Of a stretch of DNA of 64,000 nt, positions 20,601-29,285 are shown piece after piece. Under the pieces are notes generated by a model, which was not told the DNA's origin, did no database searches, and worked only from the letters and a program-made list of their open reading frames with translations. Position numbers and translations under genes: made by a program. Each line of letters opens with the position of its first letter. The stretch's first letter is position 1. Origin of the DNA: an uncultured bacterium (GTDB lineage: Bacteria; Auribacterota; Erginobacteria; Erginobacterales; CAZKCI01); the NCBI GenBank assembly GCA_964551475.1, contig CAZKCI010000064.1:19643-83642 (forward strand), in the 5' to 3' direction.

Positions 20601-21050
20601 CTCGAGCATCTGGCCAACATGGACGACCTCCGCCAGGGCATCTCTCTGAGGGCCTACGGCCAGAGGGACCCGCTGGTCGACTACAAGCAGGAGAGCTACG
20701 AGATGTTCACCAACATGGAGGCGAATCTCAAGCAGGAGGTGGCGGGGGCGATTTTCCGCGCTTCCATCCGCCCCCCGCCGCTTACCCGCGCTCCGGAGCG
20801 CTTCATCCACGAGGAAGTGGCGGCCTTCTCCGGAAGGCTTCCGGCCAAACCGCAGGCCCGGCCGCGCCCCGCGCCCGCCGCGGCCATGGCCGGAGGGGAT
20901 CCCGGCGAACTCTTCCCGGGCGCCCCTCCCGCGGAGTCCGCTCCCTCCGCCCCCGTTACCTTCAAGCGGGAGGCGGCCAAAACCGGGCCCAACGACCCGT
21001 GTCCCTGCGGTTCGGGGAAGAAGTTCAAGAAGTGCTGCGGGAAACAGTAA
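17694..21050 (+). CDS. secA: Preprotein translocase ATPase SecA
   Basis: ATG 17694 ([17 protein letters not shown]… aligns to the canonical SecA N-terminus). DEAD motor motifs ([77 protein letters not shown]) and a C-terminal zinc finger [14 protein letters not shown]. It contains an unusual Cys-rich insertion in NBD2. Confidence 0.95.
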   Translation: [1118 protein letters not shown]

Positions 21051-21051
21051 A

Positions 21052-21215
21052 AAACATTGGAGTACTGGAGTATTGGAGTAGTGGAGTGATGATAATCATG
21101 GAGTATTGGAGTAGTGGAGTGATGGAGTAATGGGGCAGACTGCCGTGCGGCTTTTTTCCAATACTCCAATACTCCATCACTCCATTACTCCATTGCTCCA
21201 TCACTCCAGTACTCA
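21052..21215 (+). repeat. Large inverted repeat built from 8-mer tandem units (GGAGTANT)x~9 … (ANTACTCC)x~7, with an embedded intrinsic-terminator-like centre (GGCAGACTGCC gtgcggc TTTTTT)
   Basis: Left arm ~21058-21132, centre 21133-21157, right arm 21158-21214. The arms are reverse complements at unit level. Confidence 0.85.
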
Positions 21216-21249
21216 TTCTCCCTTCTGTCGATCGGCTTCTCTCTCCGGC

Positions 21250-22785
21250 TTGCTCGCGCTCCTCTCCGGCGTTCTTCTCACCCTCCCGTTCCTGAACTTC
21301 GCCCTCGCGCCCTTGGCCTGGTTCTCTCTCGTCCCCCTGATCGTCTCCGCCGCCTATCGCCCCGTCCGGACGGGGGCGGTGATGGGTCTCGTCGCCGGAT
21401 GCGTTTTCGGCTTCGTCGGCATGCACTGGCTGAGGGCGGTGACGGGGATCGGCTATTCCATACTCGCCCTCTACCTCGCCCTCTACTGGGCGGCCTGGTC
21501 CGCCTTCGTCTCTTTCGTCTCGCGCCGCCGCCCCGGCTGTCTCTGGTGGGCCGCGCCCGCCTCTTTCGCCGCCCTGGAGTTCCTCCGCTCCCATCTCTTC
21601 ACCGGTTTTCCCTGGAACCTTCTCGGGGTGAGCCAGGCTCTCAACCCGCCGCTCATCCAGGTCGCGTCCTGGACCGGCGTCTACGGCGTCTCCTTCCTCG
21701 TCGTCCTCGCCAACGCCGCCCTCGCCTGTTTCCTCCTGGGTGGGAAGATCGCTCCGGCCGGCCGTGGGCGCCGCCTGCTTCCCTTGGCCGTCACGCTGGC
21801 CGTCCTCGCCGCGGTCTGGCTCTATGGAGAGAATGAGCTTAGGGAGGCGGACGCTCTCCCTCCGTCGCCTTCGTTCAACCTCTGCCTTGTCCAGGGGGGG
21901 ATCAGCCAGGATTTGAAGTGGGATCCCGCTCTCGCCCCCCATCATCTTGAGACCTATCTCCGCCTGACCCGGAAGGCCCTCCCCACTCATCCCGATCTTG
22001 TCCTCTGGCCGGAGTCCGCCGTTCCCTATTACATCGAAGAGCAGGCGGAGGTGAGGAAAAGGATCGCCGAGGTCTGCGCGGAGGGGAAAACTTTTCTTCT
22101 CTTCGGCGGCGACACACGGGAAAGGGCTTCCACCGTGGGCGACACCGGAGGTGAGACGGTTTCTCGCTGGCGCTATTTCAACAGCGCCTACCTCTTCGAC
22201 GGGGCAGGGGAGATGGCCGGGCGCTATGACAAGGTCCATCTCGTCCCCTTCGGCGAATACGTCCCCCTGCGCCGCTTCCTCCCCTTTGTCCGGAGGATGG
22301 TCCCCTGGGAGGACGATTTTTCGGCCGGTGAGGGCCTTGCCCTGCTCCCGGTCGGAGCCGGAAAGTCCATGGCCGTCCTGATCTGCTACGAGGACATCTT
22401 CCCGGGTCTGGTCCGGGATTTCTGCCGGAAGGGCCCGTACCTGCTCGCCAACGTCACCAACGACGCCTGGTACGGGCGGACCAGCGCGCCCTTCCAGCAC
22501 GCCTATGCCGCGCTCTTCAGGGCGGTGGAGAACCGCGTCTACCTGGCGCGGGCCACCAACACCGGCTACTCCTGTGTCGTCGATCCCTGGGGGAGGATCG
22601 TCTCCGAGGTCAGGGACGGGGGAGGGGAGATGCTTTTCATTCCCGGCGCCGCCACCGCCGCCGCCGCTCTCCGAAGGGCCGGGAGTTTTTACACCCGCCA
22701 TGGCGATCTGTTCGCCTGGCTCTGCGTCGGCCTGTCTCTTATCGCGACCGTGTTCTCCGTGATCCGGCAGTCGAAGCAGGCTTGA
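21250..22785 (+). CDS. lnt: Apolipoprotein N-acyltransferase
   Basis: N-terminal multi-TM region plus a CN-hydrolase domain (…LVLWPESAVPYY…, YDKVHLVPFGEYVP, LICYEDIFP, NVTNDAWYG). The start is uncertain: the track ORF begins at ATG 21130 inside the upstream hairpin, while the in-frame TTG 21250 gives a typical Lnt N-terminus (LLALLSGVLLTLPF…). Confidence 0.8.
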   Translation: MLALLSGVLLTLPFLNFALAPLAWFSLVPLIVSAAYRPVRTGAVMGLVAGCVFGFVGMHWLRAVTGIGYSILALYLALYWAAWSAFVSFVSRRRPGCLWWAAPASFAALEFLRSHLFTGFPWNLLGVSQALNPPLIQVASWTGVYGVSFLVVLANAALACFLLGGKIAPAGRGRRLLPLAVTLAVLAAVWLYGENELREADALPPSPSFNLCLVQGGISQDLKWDPALAPHHLETYLRLTRKALPTHPDLVLWPESAVPYYIEEQAEVRKRIAEVCAEGKTFLLFGGDTRERASTVGDTGGETVSRWRYFNSAYLFDGAGEMAGRYDKVHLVPFGEYVPLRRFLPFVRRMVPWEDDFSAGEGLALLPVGAGKSMAVLICYEDIFPGLVRDFCRKGPYLLANVTNDAWYGRTSAPFQHAYAALFRAVENRVYLARATNTGYSCVVDPWGRIVSEVRDGGGEMLFIPGAATAAAALRRAGSFYTRHGDLFAWLCVGLSLIATVFSVIRQSKQA

Positions 22786-22792
22786 TGTTTGT

Positions 22793-22845
22793 AGGCCCGC
22801 TCTGAGAGCGGGCGTTTTAATCGCCGCTTCACAGAAGCGGCCTAC
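22793..22845 (+). terminator. Compound terminator after lnt: GCCCGCTC-tgag-AGCGGGC followed by gtttta, then a second hairpin GCCGCTTC-acag-AAGCGGC, all nested in GTAGGCC…GGCCTAC
   Basis: Read directly from gtaggcccgctctgagagcgggcgttttaatcgccgcttcacagaagcggcctacagg. Confidence 0.5.
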
Positions 22846-22851
22846 AGGAGC

Positions 22852-24720
22852 TTGTCCAGCTACCGTCTCCGGCTCACGAATAAGATGATGAATGTTCGCG
22901 ATCATCTCTCGAGCCGCGCCTTTCGGGGGACGGCGCTCCTGCTTCTCGCCCTCCTCGCCGCGCTCGCCTATTCCTATCCCATCTTCCGCGACTTCGGCAA
23001 CTGGGGGATCCAGGACTGGGACCAGCACCTCTTCTACCACGCCGTCCCCCGCCACACGATTCTCCACTACCATGAGTTCCCGCTCTGGAACCCCTGGTAC
23101 TGCGGGGGGGCGCCTCTTCTCGCCAACCCGCAGTCCCGTTTCCTCTCCCCGACCTACCTCTGCGTCCTCCTCCTGGGCGCGGTGCGGGGGATCAAGGTCG
23201 AGATCCTCCTCCACCTGGTCGTCGGCCTGGTCGGGGCTTACCGCCTCGCCCGCTCCTTCCGGATGAGCCGCCCCGCCTCCGCCCTCACCGCTTCCCTCTT
23301 CGTTCTCAACAGCTCCTTCGCCCTCAACCTGACCGTGGGGATGACCTGGTTCCTCTCCGCCGCCTACATCCCCTGGGCTTTCCATTTTTATCTCAAAGCG
23401 ATGCGGGACCTGCGCTGGTCGGCCGCGAGCGGTGCCTGTCTGGCTATGGTTTTCCTGGGCGGGGGAATCTATCCCGTCGTGATCGCCGTTCTTTTTCTCT
23501 TCGTCTATGCACTCTTCGCCGTTCTCCTGGAGAAAAGGCGCTTCTCCCGCGCCGCGGCGGCCATTTTTCTCTCCATCGCTTTCGCCTTGTCGATCAGCGC
23601 CATCAAAGCCATCCCCGCCTGGATGTATCTGAAAGGACACCCCCGCCTGATCGACGACTACTCCGGCTACAGCCTCTCCTCGCTCGTCTTCTCCCTCTTC
23701 AGCCGCGATCAGCAACTGGGGGCGATCGAGAGCGCCCTCTCCACGTCCCGGACGGGATTTTTCGGCGGCGTCTCCTGGTTTATGGACGAGAACGGAATGT
23801 ACGTCGGGATCGTCGCCGCCCTCCTCTGCCTTCTCGGGATGATCTCCCGCTTCCGCCGCCGCCCGGCTCTCGCCCTCTGCCTGGTCCTCTCCCTCTGGCT
23901 CGCCTTCGGCTCCCGGGCGCCGTTGAGCCTTTGGAATCTCATCCATGAACTTCCGGTTTTCGCCTCGATGCGTGTGGCCCAGCGCTACCGGATCGTTTTT
24001 CTCCTCGCCTTCTCGCTCTTCGCCGGTTTCGGTCTCGACTCCCTGCTCGACCGTCTCCGCCGCCTCCGCCCGCGATTCCCCTCCGATCCCCTCGCCGCCG
24101 CCGCGGTCCTGGTGATCTCGGCCGACCTGATCCTGGTCTCCTCGCGGGTTTTCCGGGAAGCCTTCCCGATCCCTCCGCTCCCGGTTGGCCCTCCGGGCGC
24201 TTTTCGCCAGGTGGAATCATTCTCGTCTTACGGAAGAATCGGCTGGGTGGCGTACGCTTCGAATCCCCGGCACATATCCTGGGGCGGACTCTACCCGGCT
24301 TTTTTGAGCAACCTGGGAGTGATCAAGGCCTACGAGTCGGCCGAGGTGCCCAGGATGGCGATCCCGTCGGAGTGGCCGAGCTACCGGGGGGAGATATTCC
24401 TGGAGGGCACGGAAGGGAGCGCCACGCTCCAGCGTTGGACGCCCAACGCGCTGACGATCGAAACCGAGGCCGATCGTCCGGGCTATCTCATCGTCAACCA
24501 GAACTACGATCCCGGCTGGAAAATCGCCGGCGGCGGGACGGTGGAGAAGAGGAGGGGACTGATTGCGGTAAAAATACCTTTCCGCCGGGCCTCCGTGGCA
24601 TTATATTATCAGCCCCCCGGTTTTCGCCTCGGACTGGCCGTCTCGGCCGCCGGCTGCCTGCTGGCGGCCGCTGTTCTGCGCCGGACGATGCGTCTCCGGG
24701 GGAGGCAGGAAGAAAAATGA
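22852..24720 (+). CDS. Large polytopic membrane protein (~620 aa), candidate GT-C-fold glycosyltransferase (YfhO/ArnT-like)
   Basis: More than 10 predicted TM helices. A conserved-looking periplasmic loop (HEFPLWNPWYCGGAPLLANPQS). Family assignment is tentative. Confidence 0.45.
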   Translation: MSSYRLRLTNKMMNVRDHLSSRAFRGTALLLLALLAALAYSYPIFRDFGNWGIQDWDQHLFYHAVPRHTILHYHEFPLWNPWYCGGAPLLANPQSRFLSPTYLCVLLLGAVRGIKVEILLHLVVGLVGAYRLARSFRMSRPASALTASLFVLNSSFALNLTVGMTWFLSAAYIPWAFHFYLKAMRDLRWSAASGACLAMVFLGGGIYPVVIAVLFLFVYALFAVLLEKRRFSRAAAAIFLSIAFALSISAIKAIPAWMYLKGHPRLIDDYSGYSLSSLVFSLFSRDQQLGAIESALSTSRTGFFGGVSWFMDENGMYVGIVAALLCLLGMISRFRRRPALALCLVLSLWLAFGSRAPLSLWNLIHELPVFASMRVAQRYRIVFLLAFSLFAGFGLDSLLDRLRRLRPRFPSDPLAAAAVLVISADLILVSSRVFREAFPIPPLPVGPPGAFRQVESFSSYGRIGWVAYASNPRHISWGGLYPAFLSNLGVIKAYESAEVPRMAIPSEWPSYRGEIFLEGTEGSATLQRWTPNALTIETEADRPGYLIVNQNYDPGWKIAGGGTVEKRRGLIAVKIPFRRASVALYYQPPGFRLGLAVSAAGCLLAAAVLRRTMRLRGRQEEK

Positions 24721-25851
24721 ACGTGGAGATCACCGAAAGACACAAGACCCTCGCCTCCCGCTTCGCGGAGATGCGGGGGCATCTTTGACCTGGACGGCAA
24801 GCGGACCCGCCTGAAGGAACTGGAAACGGAGATGTCCCGCCCCGGTTTCTGGGACGAGGGGGAAAAGACCCAGAAGGCAATCGCCGAGCTCAAGGGGATC
24901 AAGGAGGTGCTCGATCCCTGGTCCGAACTGGAGAAAGATCTCGGGGAGCTTCCCGAACTTCTCGCTCTGGCCGCCGAAGACGCCAGCCTGGAGGGGGAGA
25001 TCGTCTCCGAGGTCGACCGGATCGGGGAGCGCCTGGACGCGCTCGAGCTTTCCGCGATGCTCTCCCGCCCGGAGGACGCCCAGGACGCGGTCTTCAGCCT
25101 CCAGGCCGGAGCGGGGGGGACCGAGTCCTGCGACTGGACCGAGATGCTCTGGCGGATGTACAGCCGCTGGTGCGAGAGGCGCGGCTACGACGTCGAGGTG
25201 GTGAACATCGCGCCGGGGGAAGAGGCGGGGATCCGGAATCTCACCGCCCTGATCAAGGGGCGTTTCGCCTACGGTTATCTCCAGGCCGAGCGGGGAGTCC
25301 ACCGGCTGGTGCGGATCTCCCCCTTCGATTCCAACCATCGCCGCCACACCTCCTTCGCGTCGGTCGACGTGGCCCCCGACGTGGAGGAGGAGATCGTGAT
25401 CGAGATCGAGGAGAAGGATCTGCGGATCGACACCTTCCGCGCCGGGGGCCATGGGGGCCAGCACGTCAACATGACCGACTCGGCCGTCCGGATCACCCAC
25501 CTGCCGACCGGGATCGTGGTCCAGTGCCAGAACGAGCGCAGCCAGCACAAGAATCGGGCGACGGCGATGAAGGTCCTCAAAGCCCGCCTCTACCAGCGGG
25601 AGCAGGACGAGCTCCGGAGGAAGGCGGTCAAGCATCACGAGGCGCAGAAGGAGATCGGCTTCGGTTCCCAGATCCGCTCCTACGTCTTTCATCCCTACAC
25701 CATGGCCAAGGATCACCGGACCGGCGTCACTACCGGCGACGTGAACCGGGTCATGGACGGGGACATCGACCGCTACATCAACGCGTTTTTAAAGCAGCAG
25801 ACGGGGAGGGGTTCTCCCGGGCCGGCTGCCGACGACGACATGGAGGTGTAA
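24717..25851 (+). CDS. prfB: Peptide chain release factor 2, expressed via programmed +1 ribosomal frameshift (join 24717..24785, 24787..25851)
   Basis: Frame-0 ORF MNVEITERHKTLASRFAEMRGHL ends at the in-frame UGA in gggggCAT CTT TGA C. The +1 frame continues DLDGKRTRLKELETEMSRPGFWDE… and carries the SPF (…RISPFDSNHRRHTSF…) and GGQ (…RAGGHGGQHVNMT…) motifs. Confidence 0.9.
24775..24789 (+). promoter_or_regulatory. RF2 autoregulatory +1 frameshift site: internal SD-like GGGGG, 3 nt, then CUU UGA C
   Basis: Matches the canonical prfB frameshift cassette (SD-like element, slippery CUU, weak UGA-C stop context). Confidence 0.85.
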
Positions 25852-25857
25852 AACGGG

Positions 25858-25915
25858 TAAACCAAGAACCGCAAAAAGTGAACCGTGAACCGTGGAACCG
25901 TGAACCGTTGAACCA
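25858..25915 (+). repeat. Tandem 9-mers (GTGAACCGT-like)x~5 immediately after the prfB stop
   Basis: …aaccaagaaccgcaaaaagtgaaccgtgaaccgtggaaccgtgaaccgttgaaccaggttgg… This is the TGAACC repeat family. Confidence 0.75.
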
Positions 25916-25941
25916 GGTTGGTTAAACCAGAGGAGGAGACG

Positions 25942-26214
25942 ATGACTATCTATGTCGGCAATCTGCCCCGCGATATCAGCGAGGAGGAAGTCCGCCAGGC
26001 TTTCGCCGCATTCGGCGAAGTGACCGTGGTCCGCATGATCAAGGACAAAGTTACCGGCGAGGCGCGCGGCTTCGGCTTTGTGGAGATGCCCAACGCCGAG
26101 GAAGGCGCTTCCGCCGTCCGGGCGATGAACGGCAAGGAGCTCAAGGGCCGCACGCTGAACGTCAACGAGGCCCACGCCAAGCCCGAGGGCGGAAGAGGCC
26201 CGAGAAGAGAGTAG
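25942..26214 (+). CDS. RNA-binding protein with a single RRM domain
   Basis: RNP-2 IYVGNL and RNP-1 RGFGFVEM, with a Gly/Arg-rich tail. The ATG at 25942 lies inside track ORF 25918..26214. Confidence 0.85.
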   Translation: MTIYVGNLPRDISEEEVRQAFAAFGEVTVVRMIKDKVTGEARGFGFVEMPNAEEGASAVRAMNGKELKGRTLNVNEAHAKPEGGRGPRRE

Positions 26215-26220
26215 GCAGGT

Positions 26221-26288
26221 AAGGGTTAGGAAGTGGGTTTGGTCTATGGGTTACCAGACCCACTTCCTAACCCTGACCCATCGACCAG
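26221..26288 (+). repeat. Minimal MITE-like hairpin (20-bp arms GGTTAGGAAGTGGGTTTGGT / ACCAGACCCACTTCCTAACC) filling the RRM-lysS intergenic gap
   Basis: Near-perfect inverted repeat with a 9-nt loop. It has the same arm sequence as the larger elements and ends 6 bp before the lysS ATG. Confidence 0.8.
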
Positions 26289-26293
26289 TAGTT

Positions 26294-27751
26294 ATGAGCG
26301 AGACCCAGCACGAACAGAGGCTGAAAAAGCTTGCCGCCCTGCGGGCGGCGGGCGTCGATCCTTTCGGGAAGAGCTTTCCCCGGAAGGACACCGCCGCCTC
26401 CTGCCGTTCCGAATACCGGGAGGGGAAAGAGGTGTCCGTCGCCGGAAGAATCGTGGGCTGGCGGGAGCACGGGAAGTCGATCTTCGCCGACCTCCAGGAC
26501 TCGAGCGGGAAGGTCCAGCTTTACCTCCGCCGCGATGGATTGGGAGAGGAGGGCGCTTCCCTCCTTCCCCAGCTCGACCTGGGGGACATCCTGGGGGCCG
26601 CCGGGACCCTCTTCACCACCCGGATGGGGGAGGTCTCCATCCAGGTCAAGCGGCTTACCATTCTTGCCAAGGCCCTGCGACCGCTCCCGGAGAAGTGGCA
26701 CGGACTCAAGGACACCGAGGTCAGGTTCCGCCAGCGCTATCTCGATCTGGTCGTCACGCCGGAGGCCCGGGAGGCCTTCCGGGTCCGCTTTCAGGCGATC
26801 CGGGCGATCCGGAAGAGCCTGGACGAACAGGGATTCCTGGAAGTGGAGACGCCGATGATGCAGGCGGCGGTGGGCGGAGCGGCCGCCCGCCCCTTCGTCA
26901 CCCATCACCACGCTCTCGACATCGACCTCTATCTGCGCATCGCCCCCGAGCTCTACCTGAAGCGTCTTCTGGTCGGGGGGTGGGAGAAGATCTACGAGCT
27001 CAACCGCAACTTCCGCAACGAGGGGATCTCCACCCGCCATAACCCGGAGTTCACCATGCTCGAGGTCTACGAGGCCTTCGCCGACTGGCGGACGATGATG
27101 GCCCTCACCCGCTCGCTCGTCCTGGCCGCGGCGGAGGCGGCGGGAAAGGTGCGCCTGCCCCAGGGGGAAGGGGAGATCGATCTCGCCGCGCCCTGGGCGG
27201 AGCGGACCTACTACGGCTCGCTGGAGGAGGGGACCGGGATCGACTTTCGCCCGCTCGAGGCGCGCGCGGTCCTCGAGGCGGCGGCGCGGCTCGGCGTGGC
27301 CGTGACCAAGGAGACCACCCGGGAGCAGGCCCTGGACGGAGTCTTCGACAAGGCGGTCCAGCCCTCCCTCCAGATCCCGACCTTCATCATCAACTATCCG
27401 ATCGAGCTCACGCCCCTGGCCCGCACGCTTCCCTCCGATTCGGGCTTGGCCGCCCGCTTCGAGCTTTTCATCGGGGGGATGGAGCTCGCCAACGGCTACA
27501 CCGAGCTCAACGATCCCCTGGAGCAGAGGCAGAGGTTCGAGGAACAGCTGAAGAAGGGGGCGAGCCGGGGCGAGGTGGACGAGGATTTCGTCCTCGCCCT
27601 CGAGCACGGGATGCCCCCCGCGGGCGGGATGGGGATGGGGATCGACCGCCTGGCCATGATTCTCGCGGGAGTGACCTCAGTCCGCGAAGTGATTCTCTTC
27701 CCGCATCTCAGGCCGAAAACTGATGAGGATAGGCTGAGGACTGAAGACTGA
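26294..27751 (+). CDS. lysS: Lysine--tRNA ligase (class II)
   Basis: ATG 26294 (MSETQHEQRLKKLAALR…). Anticodon-binding OB fold and class II motifs (…FLEVETPMMQ…, …GGMELANGYTELNDP…, GMPPAGGMGMGIDRLAMIL). Confidence 0.9.
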   Translation: MSETQHEQRLKKLAALRAAGVDPFGKSFPRKDTAASCRSEYREGKEVSVAGRIVGWREHGKSIFADLQDSSGKVQLYLRRDGLGEEGASLLPQLDLGDILGAAGTLFTTRMGEVSIQVKRLTILAKALRPLPEKWHGLKDTEVRFRQRYLDLVVTPEAREAFRVRFQAIRAIRKSLDEQGFLEVETPMMQAAVGGAAARPFVTHHHALDIDLYLRIAPELYLKRLLVGGWEKIYELNRNFRNEGISTRHNPEFTMLEVYEAFADWRTMMALTRSLVLAAAEAAGKVRLPQGEGEIDLAAPWAERTYYGSLEEGTGIDFRPLEARAVLEAAARLGVAVTKETTREQALDGVFDKAVQPSLQIPTFIINYPIELTPLARTLPSDSGLAARFELFIGGMELANGYTELNDPLEQRQRFEEQLKKGASRGEVDEDFVLALEHGMPPAGGMGMGIDRLAMILAGVTSVREVILFPHLRPKTDEDRLRTED

Positions 27752-27804
27752 GGGAACTGAACTCTTATATTCCCAGTCACTAATCACCATTCACTATCCC
27801 CCCC

Positions 27805-29040
27805 ATGCTCCCCTACACACTCTGGATCGCACTGCGCTATGCCCGCTTCCGGGGCAAGCGCTCCTTCGTCTCCCTGATCACACTGATCACCGTCACGGGC
27901 GTGGCGGTGGGCGTGATGACCTTGATGGTGGTGATGTCGGTGATGAGCGGTTTCGACGCCGAGCTCAAGGACAAGTTCCTGGGCATCTACGGCCACGTCG
28001 TCATCTCGGGTGACGGCGTGCTCAACGATTACCGGGCGGTGGCGGAACAAGTGTCCCGCCAGCGCGGCGTCAAGGCGGTCGCCCCCTACATCGCCGGCCA
28101 GGTGATCGTCCGCACCCGCAACCGGGCGTTGGGCGTCAACCTCCGCGGCATCGATCCCGCCGCCGAAGCCCGGGTCAGCAAGCTCGCCGCCTATCTCAAG
28201 GAAGGGACGATGGATCTGGGGACGGACGGGATCCTGATCGGTTCCCAGCTCGCCGAATTCTACCGCCTCTCCGTGGGCGACAAGGTCATCCTGATCTCTC
28301 CCGCCGAGGACCTTCTCCCCGGCGCGGCGGGCGCCCGCCGGGAGAAGTTCACCGTGACCGGGATCTTCAAGTCGGGGATGGCTCAGTACGACCTGGAGCT
28401 GGCCTACGTGTCGCTGGAGGCTGCCCAGCGCTTCTTCAACCTGGGCGAGGGGGTCACGGGGATGTCGATCGCGGTCGACAACGTGGAGGAGGCCCACGCC
28501 ATCCGCAACCGCCTTTCCGAAATCTTCTCCTATCCTCCCTTCATCGTCCGCTCCTGGATGGAGCTGAACAAGCCCCTCTTCTCGGCCATCCGGGTGGAGA
28601 AGAACCTGATGTTCATCATCGTCACCCTGATCATCGTGGTCGCCGCGCTCAACATCGCCAGCACGCTGATCGTCACGGTCAAGGAGAAGACCAAGGCGAT
28701 CGGTATTTTCAAGTCGCTGGGCATGACCGAGGCGGCGATCCGGCGGATCTTCGTCATCCTGGGGATGACGATCGGCTCCCTGGGGATCGCGATCGGCGTG
28801 GCGGGAGGGCTCCTCCTGATCGCCAACATCAACCACGTCGCGGCCTTTCTTTCCGTGAGCTTCGGGATCGAGGTTTTTCCTCCGGACGTCTACTACTTCG
28901 AGGCGATCCCCGCCCGGGCCGATTTCCGGGAAACCCTGATCATCGCCGGCTGCGCCCTCCTGATCAGCGTGTTCGCCTCTCTCTACCCGGCCTGGCAGGC
29001 GGCGCGACTGGAGCCGGTCCAGTCGCTGAGGTATGAATAG
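27805..29040 (+). CDS. Lipoprotein-releasing system transmembrane permease (LolC/LolE, FtsX family)
   Basis: MLPYTLWIALRYARFRGKRSFVSLITLITVTGVAVGV… canonical LolC/E N-terminus. It has a MacB-like periplasmic domain and a C-terminal FtsX 4-TM core. It is followed by lolD. Confidence 0.85.
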   Translation: MLPYTLWIALRYARFRGKRSFVSLITLITVTGVAVGVMTLMVVMSVMSGFDAELKDKFLGIYGHVVISGDGVLNDYRAVAEQVSRQRGVKAVAPYIAGQVIVRTRNRALGVNLRGIDPAAEARVSKLAAYLKEGTMDLGTDGILIGSQLAEFYRLSVGDKVILISPAEDLLPGAAGARREKFTVTGIFKSGMAQYDLELAYVSLEAAQRFFNLGEGVTGMSIAVDNVEEAHAIRNRLSEIFSYPPFIVRSWMELNKPLFSAIRVEKNLMFIIVTLIIVVAALNIASTLIVTVKEKTKAIGIFKSLGMTEAAIRRIFVILGMTIGSLGIAIGVAGGLLLIANINHVAAFLSVSFGIEVFPPDVYYFEAIPARADFRETLIIAGCALLISVFASLYPAWQAARLEPVQSLRYE

Positions 29041-29045
29041 AAGAG

Positions 29046-29275
29046 TCAATGGGTTAGGGTTAGGAAGTGGGTCTGGTAAATAGGTTGGGGTTAGGTGTGT
29101 CATGGCAAAACGACTGACGGGCTACACCATTGACCGATTGGTTGACGGGTTAGGGTTAGGAAGTGGGTCTGGTAAATGGGTTGGGGTTAGGTGTGTCATG
29201 GCAAAACGACTGACGGGCTACACCATCTACCTTACCCATCGACCAAACCCACTTCCTTACCCTCACCCATTAACC
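29046..29275 (+). repeat. MITE-like elements (two copies, first lacking a right arm) between lolC/E and lolD
   Basis: …caatGGGTTAGGGTTAGGAAGTGGGTCTGGTAAATAGGTTGGGGTTAGGTGTG…; the second copy ends …ATCTACCTTACCCATCGACCAAACCCACTTCCTTACCCTCACCC. The internal spurious ORFs (MAKRLTGYTI…) are repeat-encoded. Confidence 0.8.
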
Positions 29276-29285
29276 CTGTTTGACT

